Origin: a virus
DNA: 55,056 nt
UHGV virus genome: UHGV-0290768
Strand: one strand, 5' to 3'
In this document: positions 47,014 through 55,056 of the stretch, piece by piece
Numbering within the stretch: the first letter of the stretch is position 1
Layout of the letters: every line of letters starts with the position of its first letter
Made by a program: the position numbers and the translations under genes
The notes under the pieces: generated by a model
The model's input: only the letters and a program-made list of their open reading frames with translations
Told to the model about the DNA's origin: nothing
Database searches by the model: none

Positions 47014-47685
47014 TTACTTGGTTAAACCTGCCGCCTTGCGGCGTTTGTACTCTTCCATCAGAATCTGTGCTGGCGTCGGTCCTGCAGGATGTCTCGGTGC
47101 TGCCAACTGCCGACGAATCGGGGGAATCGAAAACCCGTTAGCCAGGTGTTTGGTCCATTTCGTGAGTAAGTTTTCTGCCAGTTTTTTCAGCTCTCCCTCA
47201 GTCAGGTTCCTCTCAACTCCGGTTCTGCGCATCTCAATGCAAATGTGATACATAACATCCTGTTTCCATGGGTATTTGTCGCTGCCCGAGTATCGGTAAG
47301 ACTCATTCCTCCAGCGCTTGTATTCCGCCATTACAGATTCGGATGTCAGATTGAACGGGTTAGCACCGCTGGCAGATACCAGAGCAACGAATTCAGCCAG
47401 ATCCGGTGGCCATGTGTTACCCGCGGCGCAGCGCTCCATGCACTGACTGCAGACCAGAGTAATCTGGGCTTCACTCATCGATCCAATCTGGGCAATCCAC
47501 ATATCCGAGGGCGCCGCCCCGTTCTTCTGGGTCCACCGGTTCGAAAATATTTCCCCCATGACTGTCCATAGCCGCCATGCCGTATCCGCCGCCAGCAAGT
47601 CCGTTTTGCTTTTCCCAGCGTTCTCTGGCTGCCTGAATTTCCTGAACTGCCCGGGATGCGGTGTTAACTGGTTGAATTCCTGCAT
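47014..47685 (-). CDS. P: Replication protein P-like (helicase loader)
   Basis: C-terminal half parallels lambda P: YPWK; LTEGELKKLAENLL vs LTDAELRRKAADELV; HLANGFSIPP vs RINRGEAIPEP. Overlaps the O-like gene by >200 nt in another frame. Confidence 0.6.
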   Translation of the reverse strand: MQEFNQLTPHPGQFRKFRQPENAGKSKTDLLAADTAWRLWTVMGEIFSNRWTQKNGAAPSDMWIAQIGSMSEAQITLVCSQCMERCAAGNTWPPDLAEFVALVSASGANPFNLTSESVMAEYKRWRNESYRYSGSDKYPWKQDVMYHICIEMRRTGVERNLTEGELKKLAENLLTKWTKHLANGFSIPPIRRQLAAPRHPAGPTPAQILMEEYKRRKAAGLTK

Positions 47686-48454
47686 GGTCTTTACCTCCGG
47701 TTGCTGGTTGCGGTTTAGATTTGGCTCTGGCACTTATCACGCTGCGGGCAAATTTCTGCTCCCACTGAATCTGAGTGAACACTTTCCCCTCGGATTTCCA
47801 GTACGCGATGAACTCTGCCAGCTCTGTCGGCAGGTATGCCGGTTCGGGAAGCGCTATACCCCAGGTAGCAGCCAGTCGCGGCCAGTCCTGTGACGGCAGC
47901 CAAAGGTCGTGCATGGTGAATTTTCCGATCGGAATATCCACTCCAGGTAGATACTGAGGTTGCTGGGGAAAATTTCTCTCCTGCGCATAGAGAGTGGGGT
48001 TTGATCCTTTTCCCTTCCCTTCCCTTCCTTTTCCGTCAGTGAGTCCTCCATGAGGATTCACTGAGTCCTCAATGAGCCCTCCTTGATTAGTCACTCTCTT
48101 TTCTTCCTCTCCTGCCTTATCCTCAGTGAGTTCTGGCGGAAGGGGTATTTTTGAAGCTGAAGGCCTGTTTATTTTTTGATGCTTAAGGAAACCTTTAATC
48201 TGTAAATAGCAGACATCATTCACTGAATACTCAATGAGTAATCCATGAGTAATCAGTTCCTGTATTAGTGGTTCGCAATCAAGCGCATCCGCAGGGAAGA
48301 TCTGCATCTTCAACCGTTTTGGCGAACGCTCAAGGCATCCCATGTCGTTGGCGAAGTTGAACAACCCGATAAACAGGAGACGCGCTGGAATTGAACATTC
48401 CACCACCTTCTCATCTGTCCAGAATTCAGGTTTAACTGTTCTGATGCGGGCCAT
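47471..48454 (-). CDS. Replication initiation protein, O-like / YdaU-like
   Basis: N-terminal MARIRTVKPEFWTDEKVVECSIPARLLFIGLF... resembles a phage replisome-organiser domain. Position between ydaT-like and P-like genes. Gly-rich tail. Confidence 0.5.
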   Translation of the reverse strand: MARIRTVKPEFWTDEKVVECSIPARLLFIGLFNFANDMGCLERSPKRLKMQIFPADALDCEPLIQELITHGLLIEYSVNDVCYLQIKGFLKHQKINRPSASKIPLPPELTEDKAGEEEKRVTNQGGLIEDSVNPHGGLTDGKGREGKGKGSNPTLYAQERNFPQQPQYLPGVDIPIGKFTMHDLWLPSQDWPRLAATWGIALPEPAYLPTELAEFIAYWKSEGKVFTQIQWEQKFARSVISARAKSKPQPATGGKDHAGIQPVNTASRAVQEIQAARERWEKQNGLAGGGYGMAAMDSHGGNIFEPVDPEERGGALGYVDCPDWIDE

Positions 48455-48505
48455 CTGAAACCTCTTATTAGCCAGCTGGTGCTGGTGGTCATTGTCAAAA
48501 CTCGA

Positions 48506-49060
48506 TTAGAAAAACTGCGGCGCTACGGCGCTGATGCTCGCCAGAAGTGGTCCCGCCGCATCTGCAGGAAGCATGTTAAAAAGTGCAATTGCTGCCTCCC
48601 GAATTTCACGCTCTAACTTCTGCAACGGAGCACCAAGCAATTTTGCCTGGTGCGCTTCGCTACACTCTTTGATTGCTTGAGCCACCAGCTCGCTTTCAGT
48701 CAATCCACGTTTCAATCCGTGTTTGCGCGCAATCTCAATAGGCATCGCATCAGCGATCGCTCCTGAAAGCTGCATGACGTAGCTGGTGTACTTCTCTGAT
48801 CCGGATTCGTTTTTCAGGTAGCGGTACAGATTCTGTTTATTGACGTTTATTCCGCGACCGTTTTGTTTTCTCCATTGCTCATCCACCAGCTGCGCGATGT
48901 GGTCCTGTGCACGTCCAGGTAAAGTCGACTCCCATTCCTGAACGGCAGCAAAAATTGCTCTACTCTTCATCCGAGCCCGGCGTAGACCGGAAAACTGATT
49001 TTCTGAGTTCAGTTGCAGGCCCATTACCGGGTTATGATTTTTAAAAGAGATGGTTTGCAT
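48506..49060 (-). CDS. YdaT-like protein (Rac-type immunity-region gene)
   Basis: 184 aa immediately after the cro-like gene, as in Rac ydaS-ydaT. Confidence 0.5.
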   Translation of the reverse strand: MQTISFKNHNPVMGLQLNSENQFSGLRRARMKSRAIFAAVQEWESTLPGRAQDHIAQLVDEQWRKQNGRGINVNKQNLYRYLKNESGSEKYTSYVMQLSGAIADAMPIEIARKHGLKRGLTESELVAQAIKECSEAHQAKLLGAPLQKLEREIREAAIALFNMLPADAAGPLLASISAVAPQFF

Positions 49061-49062
49061 AC

Positions 49063-49296
49063 TTACTCCTTCGGTAATCCATCCGTTGGGTTTGGGTAGA
49101 GATCTGGTCTGAGTTCATGCGGAGTAACTTTCCACTCCAATGCCTTACTGACTTTCAGAACCAACTCGCCGGGAACTTTATGTTTGAACCAACCATTTAC
49201 TGTTTGTGCTCGCCGATTAAGCCGCCGTCCGATTTCCGATTGGCTACACACGGCAAGTAATTTTTTTTGAAGTGATGGCTTCATGCGCTGCTCCAC
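49063..49296 (-). CDS. Cro-like HTH regulator (YdaS-like)
   Basis: 77 aa with HTH QSEIGRRLNRRAQTVNGWFK. Transcribed divergently from the repressor. Confidence 0.65.
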   Translation of the reverse strand: MEQRMKPSLQKKLLAVCSQSEIGRRLNRRAQTVNGWFKHKVPGELVLKVSKALEWKVTPHELRPDLYPNPTDGLPKE

Positions 49297-49301
49297 TAAG
49301 A

Positions 49302-49322
49302 ACTGTAAATTTGAATTACAGT
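49302..49322. promoter_or_regulatory. Operator palindrome between the divergent repressor and cro-like genes
   Basis: ACTGTAA-N7-TTACAGT perfect inverted repeat. A minus-strand promoter-like TTGACA-17-TTAAAC lies just upstream of it. Confidence 0.5.
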
Positions 49323-49413
49323 TTAATCAGTTTATTTCGATAGTGTCAAATCCTTCGATATGAGGCCTGAAGAAAAAATCTGTATAATCTTTCTCATGTG
49401 TTTGTTTGGGTGG

Positions 49414-49809
49414 ATGAAGATGAACTTTGGTGTTCGACTGCAACGAGTCTTAGATGAGATAGGAATGTCTCAATCAGAACTGGGGCGGAGGATCGGTGCG
49501 ACATCCCAATCAGTGAATGGCTGGTGTCAGGCTGGAATCCTTCCCAGGAAAGAAATGCTTGAGCAACTTCCTGATATAACAGGAAAACCTTTGTATTGGT
49601 TTTTCATGACAGATGAAGACGAAGAGACGCTGCAGCCGCCAAGAGCGGAAGATATCTATGTCCTTACCCCGGAGACCAAAAAGCTCATAGAAATTTACGA
49701 TCAGCTTCCTCAAGTGGAGCAAGAACGATTCGTCGGGTTAATGCAGTTAAGGCTGGAAGAACTCGATGCTTTCATGAACGAATATTTAATGAAACGAAAG
49801 AAAGACTAG
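49414..49809 (+). CDS. Prophage repressor, HTH_XRE type without a peptidase domain (RacR-like)
   Basis: MKMNFGVRLQRVLDEIGMSQSELGRRIGATSQSVNGWCQ... HTH. No S24 domain. Start chosen at Met19 of the track ORF: SD gggtgg, and a TGTATAAT -10-like box lies within the upstream part of the ORF. Confidence 0.65.
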   Translation: MKMNFGVRLQRVLDEIGMSQSELGRRIGATSQSVNGWCQAGILPRKEMLEQLPDITGKPLYWFFMTDEDEETLQPPRAEDIYVLTPETKKLIEIYDQLPQVEQERFVGLMQLRLEELDAFMNEYLMKRKKD

Positions 49810-49832
49810 AACAGCCTTACCCGCCCCTTCAT

Positions 49833-49858
49833 AAGCGCCGCCTTCGGGCGGTTTTTTT
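49833..49858 (+). terminator. Rho-independent terminator after the repressor gene
   Basis: gccgcc-ttcg-ggcggt hairpin followed by T7. Confidence 0.6.
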
Positions 49859-49911
49859 GTGCCTGCTCCCCACCTCACATCCAATTCTGAAATTTAAATC
49901 ATCAGTTTTAA

Positions 49912-49940
49912 TTGACAGCTGTAGTTTATATCGATAATAC
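49912..49940 (+). promoter_or_regulatory. Strong sigma70-type promoter (PL-like) for the rightward recombination operon
   Basis: TTGACA, 17-bp spacer, TAATAC. Confidence 0.5.
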
Positions 49941-50398
49941 TATCTCCGTCCTATGACGTCATCGAGGCAGGAAGCCCACGAAGTAGCTGCCGGCGGCATA
50001 CGAAACACCGGATGAGATGACAGCAATATCAATCGCAGCAGGTTCAACGTTCGGCTGCCCGGCCTTAAGGGAAGGAAATGAGTATGGATAAAGCATATGA
50101 AGACTATTTTGAAAGCCTCTCTGAAGGTGAGGAGGCGCTGAGTTTCAGCGAGTTTACCGCGGCGCTTTCAGGTAAGCCGGCAGACTGCGCCTCTTCTGAA
50201 ATGTAATGGAAATCCTGCGCGCTTCGTGGTGGTGAATTGCAGGGTGAAAAAGCTCAATCGTGAAGATCAGCGTCACGACACCACCGATGAAGCGCGTCGA
50301 AGTAGTGAAAATAAAAAATCAGGGTTTGCAATGCGGTGAATGCGGCTATGCGCACGCGGCACAGTTAAAAAAGTAAACATGGCGGTTATTCACACGTT

Positions 50399-50617
50399 GT
50401 GGGGAAAAAGTTGTCGGCGGTAGTTGTTAACTGGCTGCCGTCACCGGGAGGCACCCGGCGCCGCATTGCAAAACCACATCCTAATACTGAGTTAACTGGA
50501 GATAACTATGAAGGATTTTGCCCGAGTACCTACCGGGAACCAGGCGACCCGCCTGAACTGGTTCGAGGTGAGACTACGCCAGCTGTGTTACTTGCTGGCG
50601 CAGAAAGGAAACCCTGA
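50399..50617 (+). CDS. Hypothetical protein
   Basis: 72-aa ORF in the early operon. Confidence 0.3.
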   Translation: MGKKLSAVVVNWLPSPGGTRRRIAKPHPNTELTGDNYEGFCPSTYREPGDPPELVRGETTPAVLLAGAERKP

Positions 50618-50626
50618 GGCTGAGGC

Positions 50627-50821
50627 ATGAATACCCTGTTTGCCCTTGTCATCAGCGTTTGTGCTCTCACTGGTGAATGCTCTGATGTTCTGATCGGTGT
50701 TTATCCATCAGAGGCCAGTTGCAACAGCAACGCCGATGAACAAAAAGTACAGGGCCAGTGCCTCCCCTACCGAAATGCACAAAACATGGCTGACGACCAA
50801 CAGCCTGCAGTGAGTTTTTGA
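50627..50821 (+). CDS. Hypothetical small protein with a hydrophobic N-terminus
   Basis: 64-aa ORF; MNTLFALVISVCALTG looks signal-peptide-like. Confidence 0.3.
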   Translation: MNTLFALVISVCALTGECSDVLIGVYPSEASCNSNADEQKVQGQCLPYRNAQNMADDQQPAVSF

Positions 50822-50863
50822 ATCGAGTTTTGACCAATGGCCGTTACGGCCGGAGAAGTGATT

Positions 50864-51208
50864 ATGGAATTTGGAATGAAACGCGTTCTGGCATCTGTCC
50901 AGGCCGCCGCCACTTTGAATAAGCTCTATGACGGCTCGCCCGTTTCACTGACGGCCATCAGTAAAGAGTCAAAGCTGTCTACTTCATACCTTGAGCAGAT
51001 CTTCAAAAAGCTGCGGGCGGGTAACCTGGTTATTTCACAGCGTGGCCCAGGTGGTGGTTATAGCCCCCGCGGCGATGACATTACCGTTACAGAAGTGATC
51101 ACTGCGGTATCTAAACTGCCAGCCCATAAAACTTTTGAGCCTATCCTGCGAGCGCTTGACGACGTTCGCGTATCACAGCTGCTGCGGGGCGATTCGCCAG
51201 CCCCATAA
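50864..51208 (+). CDS. Rrf2-family-like winged-helix regulator (truncated, no Cys cluster)
   Basis: PVSLTAISKESKLSTSYLEQIFKKLRAGNLVISQRGPGGGY parallels the IscR/NsrR HTH ([29 protein letters not shown]). GGAGAA SD. Confidence 0.55.
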   Translation: MEFGMKRVLASVQAAATLNKLYDGSPVSLTAISKESKLSTSYLEQIFKKLRAGNLVISQRGPGGGYSPRGDDITVTEVITAVSKLPAHKTFEPILRALDDVRVSQLLRGDSPAP

Positions 51209-51349
51209 AGCACAAAACCCGCGCAAGGCGGGTTAAGTACCCGGTCAGCCGACCAAAGCTTTCCGGAATCGAGTTTTGACCAATGACCACCACCAGGGCG
51301 GCTGCCATCAGCTGCCGGGTATCTTACAATCCAAAGGAGCCCAAACGCA

Positions 51350-53488
51350 ATGAACAACTACCCGTATCTCATTAAAGCTAAGGCAAAAGCAAACGAAGCG
51401 AAAAGCCTCTTCTGCTGGTTCTCTGCTAAATCCGATTCTCGCGCCGAGCGCAAAATCCTGGACATCCTGGAAGACGCTGAAATTAACGTTGGCCGCGGCG
51501 CCAGCCATCAGCTGCCGATCCGCACCAACTGGCTCATCGTTGATGACTTACCGGAAGAAGGTGTACTGGATGATACCTGGTGCGATCGTTACGAGCTTGG
51601 TGGTAAAGACGGGCTGACATGGCAAAAAATCGTTACACCGGCGGCTGCTGAACCACAGCCCTCCAGTAAACCAGAAAACGATATCTCTCCTGCAAATAGC
51701 GATGAAGAGGACTATTCGAACAATGAAGAAGCACTCTTCAACCTAGCAGAAATGTCATTCCGCACGCAGCTGCTTGCCCAGTATATGGCCGACGAACGTC
51801 ACGTGTATCACATTAGCATTCCTCATCGTAACAGCCTTTCAGCGATGGAAATGGATACGGATAATCACGGTGTGCAGAATCTGCTGCTGACGGCAGAAAA
51901 TATTCCGGAGCTTAAAAAATATGATATGCCTGGCCTGTGGAAATTTACCAGTGCATTTAAGAGCGTATTTCCTGCGGGGAAACGCCATGAGCTCGGCAAG
52001 CAAATTCAGTTCGCCAAATTGTGGCTTGAAACGTCTCACATTGACCGCGGGATCCTTACAAAGGAATGGGCTGCTGGAAACTATATCACCTCAATAAACA
52101 AAACCGATACTGGCGCCAATGCTGGTGGCGGTAACAAAACTGACCGCAATCCGGATTATCAGCATTCGCTGGATACTCTGGATATAGAGATCGCCCTTGC
52201 GACGATGCCTATGGATTTTGATATCTATAATTTTCCGGCATCAGTCCACCGCCGCGCGAAGGAAATAGTACAGAAGAAAGAAAGTCCATTTAAAGAATGG
52301 TCTGCAGTATTACGGAGCACACCAGGCATCCTTGATTATTCCCGTGCAGCGATTTTTGCACTGATCAGGGAAGCATCCAGTGGAATAACTCCTTTTCCAG
52401 ATCGGTTGCGTGGCTACATCAACGCGAATCTGACTGAACATAAGCATGATACCCCAAGCGCTGAAATGCTTGCCAAGGCGGGACATATTCCATCTGCTGC
52501 AGTCACTCTGGATGCAATAAACCAAGCAATCGCCGGAGAGGATAGCAGCGCAAAACTGGAAACACTCTCCTCTGACTTTAAAGCAGTTGGCACCGAACTC
52601 GTAAAAGAAGCTCAAAAGCAGCGTCCGAACGCTAATCAGGTTCTGGCCGCCGAGCGCGGCGAATATGTCGAAGGGATTAGCGACCCTACTGATCCGAAGT
52701 GGGTAACCGAAGACCTTCCCAAATCAAGGCAACCTGAGGTTTCAAAAATTGGGGACGGAGTATTTTCCATTGACGGTCTTGTTGACGTTACGGGCAAGGT
52801 TAACCAAAAAGAAAAAACAGATGAAGTTGTTCATCAAACGGATACTGTAAATATTGAATCCGGTCCTCATAATAAGGAGGAAGATCAGCCTATTGATTAT
52901 GTTCACGTTATGGTTGATCTGGAAACCATGGGTAAAAAACATAACGCCCCTATCGTCGCTATTGGTGCGGTTGTTTTTGACCCGGCAACCGGCTCTATTG
53001 GAGAAAGTTTCTATAAAGTCGTATGCCTTGAATCCTCTGTGAACTGGGGCGCCGTAATCGATCCATCTACTGTTATCTGGTGGCTTAAGCAGTCCTCCGA
53101 AGCACGCTCTGCGATCGTAAATGATGATGCTATCCCGTTGCTGGATGCATTACTCCAGTTCAGAGAATTTGTCTCTGATAATGTTGCTGGCGGGAGCAAA
53201 AAGGCACAGGTATGGGGTAACGGTGCGTCATTCGATAACTCCATTCTGCGTTCTTCTTACGATTGCATTGCTGAAGATTATCCGTGGGAATACTGGAACG
53301 ATCGGGACGTACGAACAATGGTAGAGCTCGGCCAGGCCATTGGCTTCGACCCCAAAACAACGATCCCGTTTGAAGGTGATCGTCACAATGCCCTCGCTGA
53401 TGCTATTCATCAGGCCCGCTATGTATCAGCAATCTGGCAGCGAATAGTTTCCGGCAATCAGGTGCTGCAAAAATTGATGCAAAACTGA
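51350..53488 (+). CDS. Large protein with a C-terminal DEDDh (DnaQ-like) 3'-5' exonuclease domain; prophage recombination exonuclease
   Basis: Exo I VMVDLETMG, Exo II WGNGASFDNSIL, Exo III HNALADAIHQARY. Occupies the exo/bet position between the regulators and xis. Confidence 0.75.
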   Translation: MNNYPYLIKAKAKANEAKSLFCWFSAKSDSRAERKILDILEDAEINVGRGASHQLPIRTNWLIVDDLPEEGVLDDTWCDRYELGGKDGLTWQKIVTPAAAEPQPSSKPENDISPANSDEEDYSNNEEALFNLAEMSFRTQLLAQYMADERHVYHISIPHRNSLSAMEMDTDNHGVQNLLLTAENIPELKKYDMPGLWKFTSAFKSVFPAGKRHELGKQIQFAKLWLETSHIDRGILTKEWAAGNYITSINKTDTGANAGGGNKTDRNPDYQHSLDTLDIEIALATMPMDFDIYNFPASVHRRAKEIVQKKESPFKEWSAVLRSTPGILDYSRAAIFALIREASSGITPFPDRLRGYINANLTEHKHDTPSAEMLAKAGHIPSAAVTLDAINQAIAGEDSSAKLETLSSDFKAVGTELVKEAQKQRPNANQVLAAERGEYVEGISDPTDPKWVTEDLPKSRQPEVSKIGDGVFSIDGLVDVTGKVNQKEKTDEVVHQTDTVNIESGPHNKEEDQPIDYVHVMVDLETMGKKHNAPIVAIGAVVFDPATGSIGESFYKVVCLESSVNWGAVIDPSTVIWWLKQSSEARSAIVNDDAIPLLDALLQFREFVSDNVAGGSKKAQVWGNGASFDNSILRSSYDCIAEDYPWEYWNDRDVRTMVELGQAIGFDPKTTIPFEGDRHNALADAIHQARYVSAIWQRIVSGNQVLQKLMQN

Positions 53489-53540
53489 TTTTTTATTTTC
53501 AGATACTGGCCCAGCAATGGGCCATAATGAGGTAAAACAT

Positions 53541-53786
53541 ATGCTCCAGATGTTAACCCTTGAAGAGTGGGCAAACGAGAAATACAGAAGCAATCCTCCA
53601 AGTGTTTCCACTCTCAGGAATTATGCTAAACAGAATATGTTTTCTCCCCCAGCCAAAAAAGAAGGTCGATTCTGGCGCGTCAGGGAGGATGCTGAGTTGG
53701 TCGGTACATTGACCACTCCTGTAGTAAAGAAAAGCGACCCTGTTCTTTTGCAGAGGATTTTGAACGATGGCTGCCAGACCACGTAA
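53541..53786 (+). CDS. xis: Excisionase (lambda Xis-like)
   Basis: MLTLEEWANEKYRSNPPSVSTLRNYAKQNMFSPPAKKEGRFWRV parallels lambda Xis MYLTLQEWNARQRRPRSLETVRRWVRECRIFPPPVKDGREYLF. Overlaps the int start. The track ORF starts at 53517. Confidence 0.7.
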   Translation: MLQMLTLEEWANEKYRSNPPSVSTLRNYAKQNMFSPPAKKEGRFWRVREDAELVGTLTTPVVKKSDPVLLQRILNDGCQTT

Positions 53787-54894
53787 AAATAATATATCTA
53801 TTCCAAATTTATACCCGCTCTACAGTAGAAAGGTTAATAAAGTATACTGGCGTTATAAGCACCCGATAACTGGTAAGTTTCATAGTCTAGGTACAGATGA
53901 AGCAGAGGCCACGGCAATAGCTATTGAAGCAAATAAAAGACTGGCGGAACAACAAACCCGCCAGATAATGGCAATCACTGACAGAATATCCACCAACTCA
54001 GGAAAATCAATATCAACTAACACCTGGCTTGAACGTTACTGGAAGATTCAGCAGGAAAGATTAAAGTCCGGAGATATTAAAGAAAACACTATCAAACAAA
54101 AAGCAAAACCAGTATCTCTGCTTAAGGAACGTGTAGGAATGAAATTAATATCCGCTGTCAATGTTCGAGATGTTGCGCAAATTCTTGATGAATATTTAGC
54201 GGAGGGACAACCCAGAATGGCTCAGGTCATTCGCTCTGTCCTAATAGATGTTTTTAAAGAAGCTCAGCATGCGGGAGAAGTACCTCCTGGTTATAACCCT
54301 GCACTAGCAACTAAACAACCTCGTAGAAAGATCACTCGCCAGCGCCTCACTCTGGAGGAATGGCAAAAGATTTTTGATATAGCCGATGAAAATCACAAAT
54401 ACATGGGGAACGCCATGCTTTTAGCCATAGTAACAGGACAGCGACTAGGTGATATATCCCGTATGAAATTCTCGGACATCTGGGACGATCATCTACACGT
54501 TGAGCAAGAGAAAACCGGAAGCAAAATCGCTATACCATTAGCTCTGCGTTGCAACGCAATCAACTGGAGCCTCCGAGATGTAATCAGTCGTTGCCGGGAT
54601 TATGCAGTAAGCCCTTATTTGGTTCATTTCTTTAGAACCACCTCACAGGCTGAGCGAGGAGCGCAGGTGAAACCCAGAACACTGACCATGAATTTCAGCA
54701 AGGCAAGAGACAGTGCAGATATTGACTGGGGACAAGGTACACCGGCAACTTTCCATGAACAAAGATCGCTTTCCGAGCGGTTATATAAAGCCCAGGGTAT
54801 AAACACGAAAGATTTACTTGGACATAAAACTCAACAACAAACGGATAGGTACCATGATGATCGAGGTAAGGGGTGGACAACGGTGGCCTTATGA
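53767..54894 (+). CDS. int: Tyrosine integrase (lambda / e14 IntE type)
   Basis: R...HxxR...Y catalytic signature (TGQRLGD, HEQRSLSERLY, LLGHKTQQQTDRYHD). 3' end next to the att/icd junction. Confidence 0.9.
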   Translation: MAARPRKNNISIPNLYPLYSRKVNKVYWRYKHPITGKFHSLGTDEAEATAIAIEANKRLAEQQTRQIMAITDRISTNSGKSISTNTWLERYWKIQQERLKSGDIKENTIKQKAKPVSLLKERVGMKLISAVNVRDVAQILDEYLAEGQPRMAQVIRSVLIDVFKEAQHAGEVPPGYNPALATKQPRRKITRQRLTLEEWQKIFDIADENHKYMGNAMLLAIVTGQRLGDISRMKFSDIWDDHLHVEQEKTGSKIAIPLALRCNAINWSLRDVISRCRDYAVSPYLVHFFRTTSQAERGAQVKPRTLTMNFSKARDSADIDWGQGTPATFHEQRSLSERLYKAQGINTKDLLGHKTQQQTDRYHDDRGKGWTTVAL

Positions 54895-54910
54895 GGTTTT
54901 TCGGGAGGGG

Positions 54911-54943
54911 TTTTGATAACTTGTTTTGATAAAATTTTGATAA
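54911..54943. repeat. Three direct TTTTGATAA repeats (candidate integrase arm-type sites)
   Basis: Copies at 54911-54919, 54924-54932 and 54935-54943, just 3' of the int stop. The same 9-mer occurs at 239-247 and a near copy at 172-180 near the other junction. Confidence 0.4.
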
Positions 54944-54967
54944 CCGTTCGAAAACTAACAATAAAAA

Positions 54968-54995
54968 CGGGAACCACCAGGTTCCCGTTCTGACA
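54968..54995 (-). terminator. icd transcription terminator
   Basis: Minus-strand hairpin acgggaacc-tgg-tggttcccgt followed by U5, immediately after the icd stop. Confidence 0.6.
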
Positions 54996-55017
54996 TAATC
55001 TGGGGGCCAGATTACAT

Positions 55018-55056
55018 GTTCGCGATGATCGCGTCGCCAAACTCGCTACATTTCAG
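55018..55056 (-). CDS. icd: 3' end of the reconstituted isocitrate dehydrogenase gene (partial, continues beyond the window end)
   Basis: Minus-strand translation LKCSEFGDAIIENM* is the Icd C-terminus. Confidence 0.85.

Larger units (their letters stand above)
121..55017. mobile_element. Complete lambdoid prophage inserted in the 3' end of icd (e14 / phage 21-type site); mosaic of an HK97-type head module and a lambda-type tail module
   Basis: Bounded by icd 3' sequence at both window ends. Integrase and excisionase next to the right junction. Full structural, lysis, regulatory and replication gene set in between. Confidence 0.8.

Noticed and set aside
49302-49322. Possible LexA box in the repressor/cro intergenic region
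   Set aside because: The palindrome is CTGT-N11-ACAG rather than CTGT-N8-ACAG. It is better explained as the phage repressor operator. A true LexA box is at 42989-43008.
1-55056. Insertion sequences or transposases
   Set aside because: No transposase-like ORF and no terminal inverted repeats with target duplications were seen. All mosaic joints look like moron insertions rather than IS elements.

Overview
The window holds one complete lambdoid prophage of about 54.9 kb, inserted in the 3' end of the host isocitrate dehydrogenase gene icd, which is the e14 / phage 21 attachment locus.

Boundaries:
- A displaced icd 3' fragment lies at 1-120 on the minus strand.
- The last 14 codons of icd plus its terminator lie at 54968-55056, next to a lambda-type xis-int pair at 53541-54894.
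- A TTTTGATAA motif repeated three times sits just beyond the int stop, and the same motif recurs near the left junction. These are candidate arm-type sites.

Layout from right to left:
- Recombination: int, xis, a 712-aa DEDDh 3'-5' exonuclease protein, and a short Rrf2-like winged-helix gene, all on the plus strand behind a strong sigma70 promoter.
- Immunity: a Rac-like region with a peptidase-less HTH repressor, a palindromic operator, and cro-like YdaS and YdaT homologues.
- Replication: O-like and P-like genes.
- An AT-rich 739-aa gene whose N-terminus resembles the Mrr restriction-nuclease catalytic domain.
- An SOS module: a perfect LexA box, a DinI-like gene, a small ORF, and a protein carrying only a LexA DNA-binding domain.
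- A DUF968 gene and a Q-like antiterminator.
- A 4.4-kb insertion between Q and the lysis cassette. It holds an AT-rich two-gene cassette convergent with Q (a NdpA/YejK-like nucleoid-associated protein homologue plus a C-terminally membrane-anchored partner), a pair of ~115-nt structured direct repeats flanking a 39-aa hydrophobic peptide gene, a small zinc-ribbon ORF, and two minus-strand terminators.
- Lysis: phage-21-type pinholin S21, SAR endolysin, and Rz/Rz1.
- Packaging and head: HNH endonuclease, a candidate cos region, terS, terL, and an HK97-type module (portal, S49-type prohead protease, major capsid, connectors).
- Tail: lambda-type genes (major tail, G and the G-T -1 frameshift product, tape measure, M, L, K, a lipoprotein moron, I).
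- A 4234-aa J-like central tail fibre. It carries about 3100 aa inserted into the lambda J scaffold: coiled-coil-like heptad repeats alternating with at least ten ~150-aa CBM-like beta-sandwich domains.
- A side tail fibre ending in a self-cleaving S74-type chaperone domain.
- An AT-rich c-di-GMP cargo block at the left junction: a membrane diguanylate cyclase with a GGDEL active-site variant, an EAL phosphodiesterase, and a zinc-ribbon membrane protein.

No tRNA, rRNA, CRISPR array or IS element was recognised.

The two strongest candidates for an undescribed system are the NdpA-like plus membrane-protein cassette wedged between Q and the late genes, and the 739-aa Mrr-like protein. The giant modular tail fibre is the most striking structural feature. 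All homology calls come from reading the translated sequence by eye and were not checked against any database.
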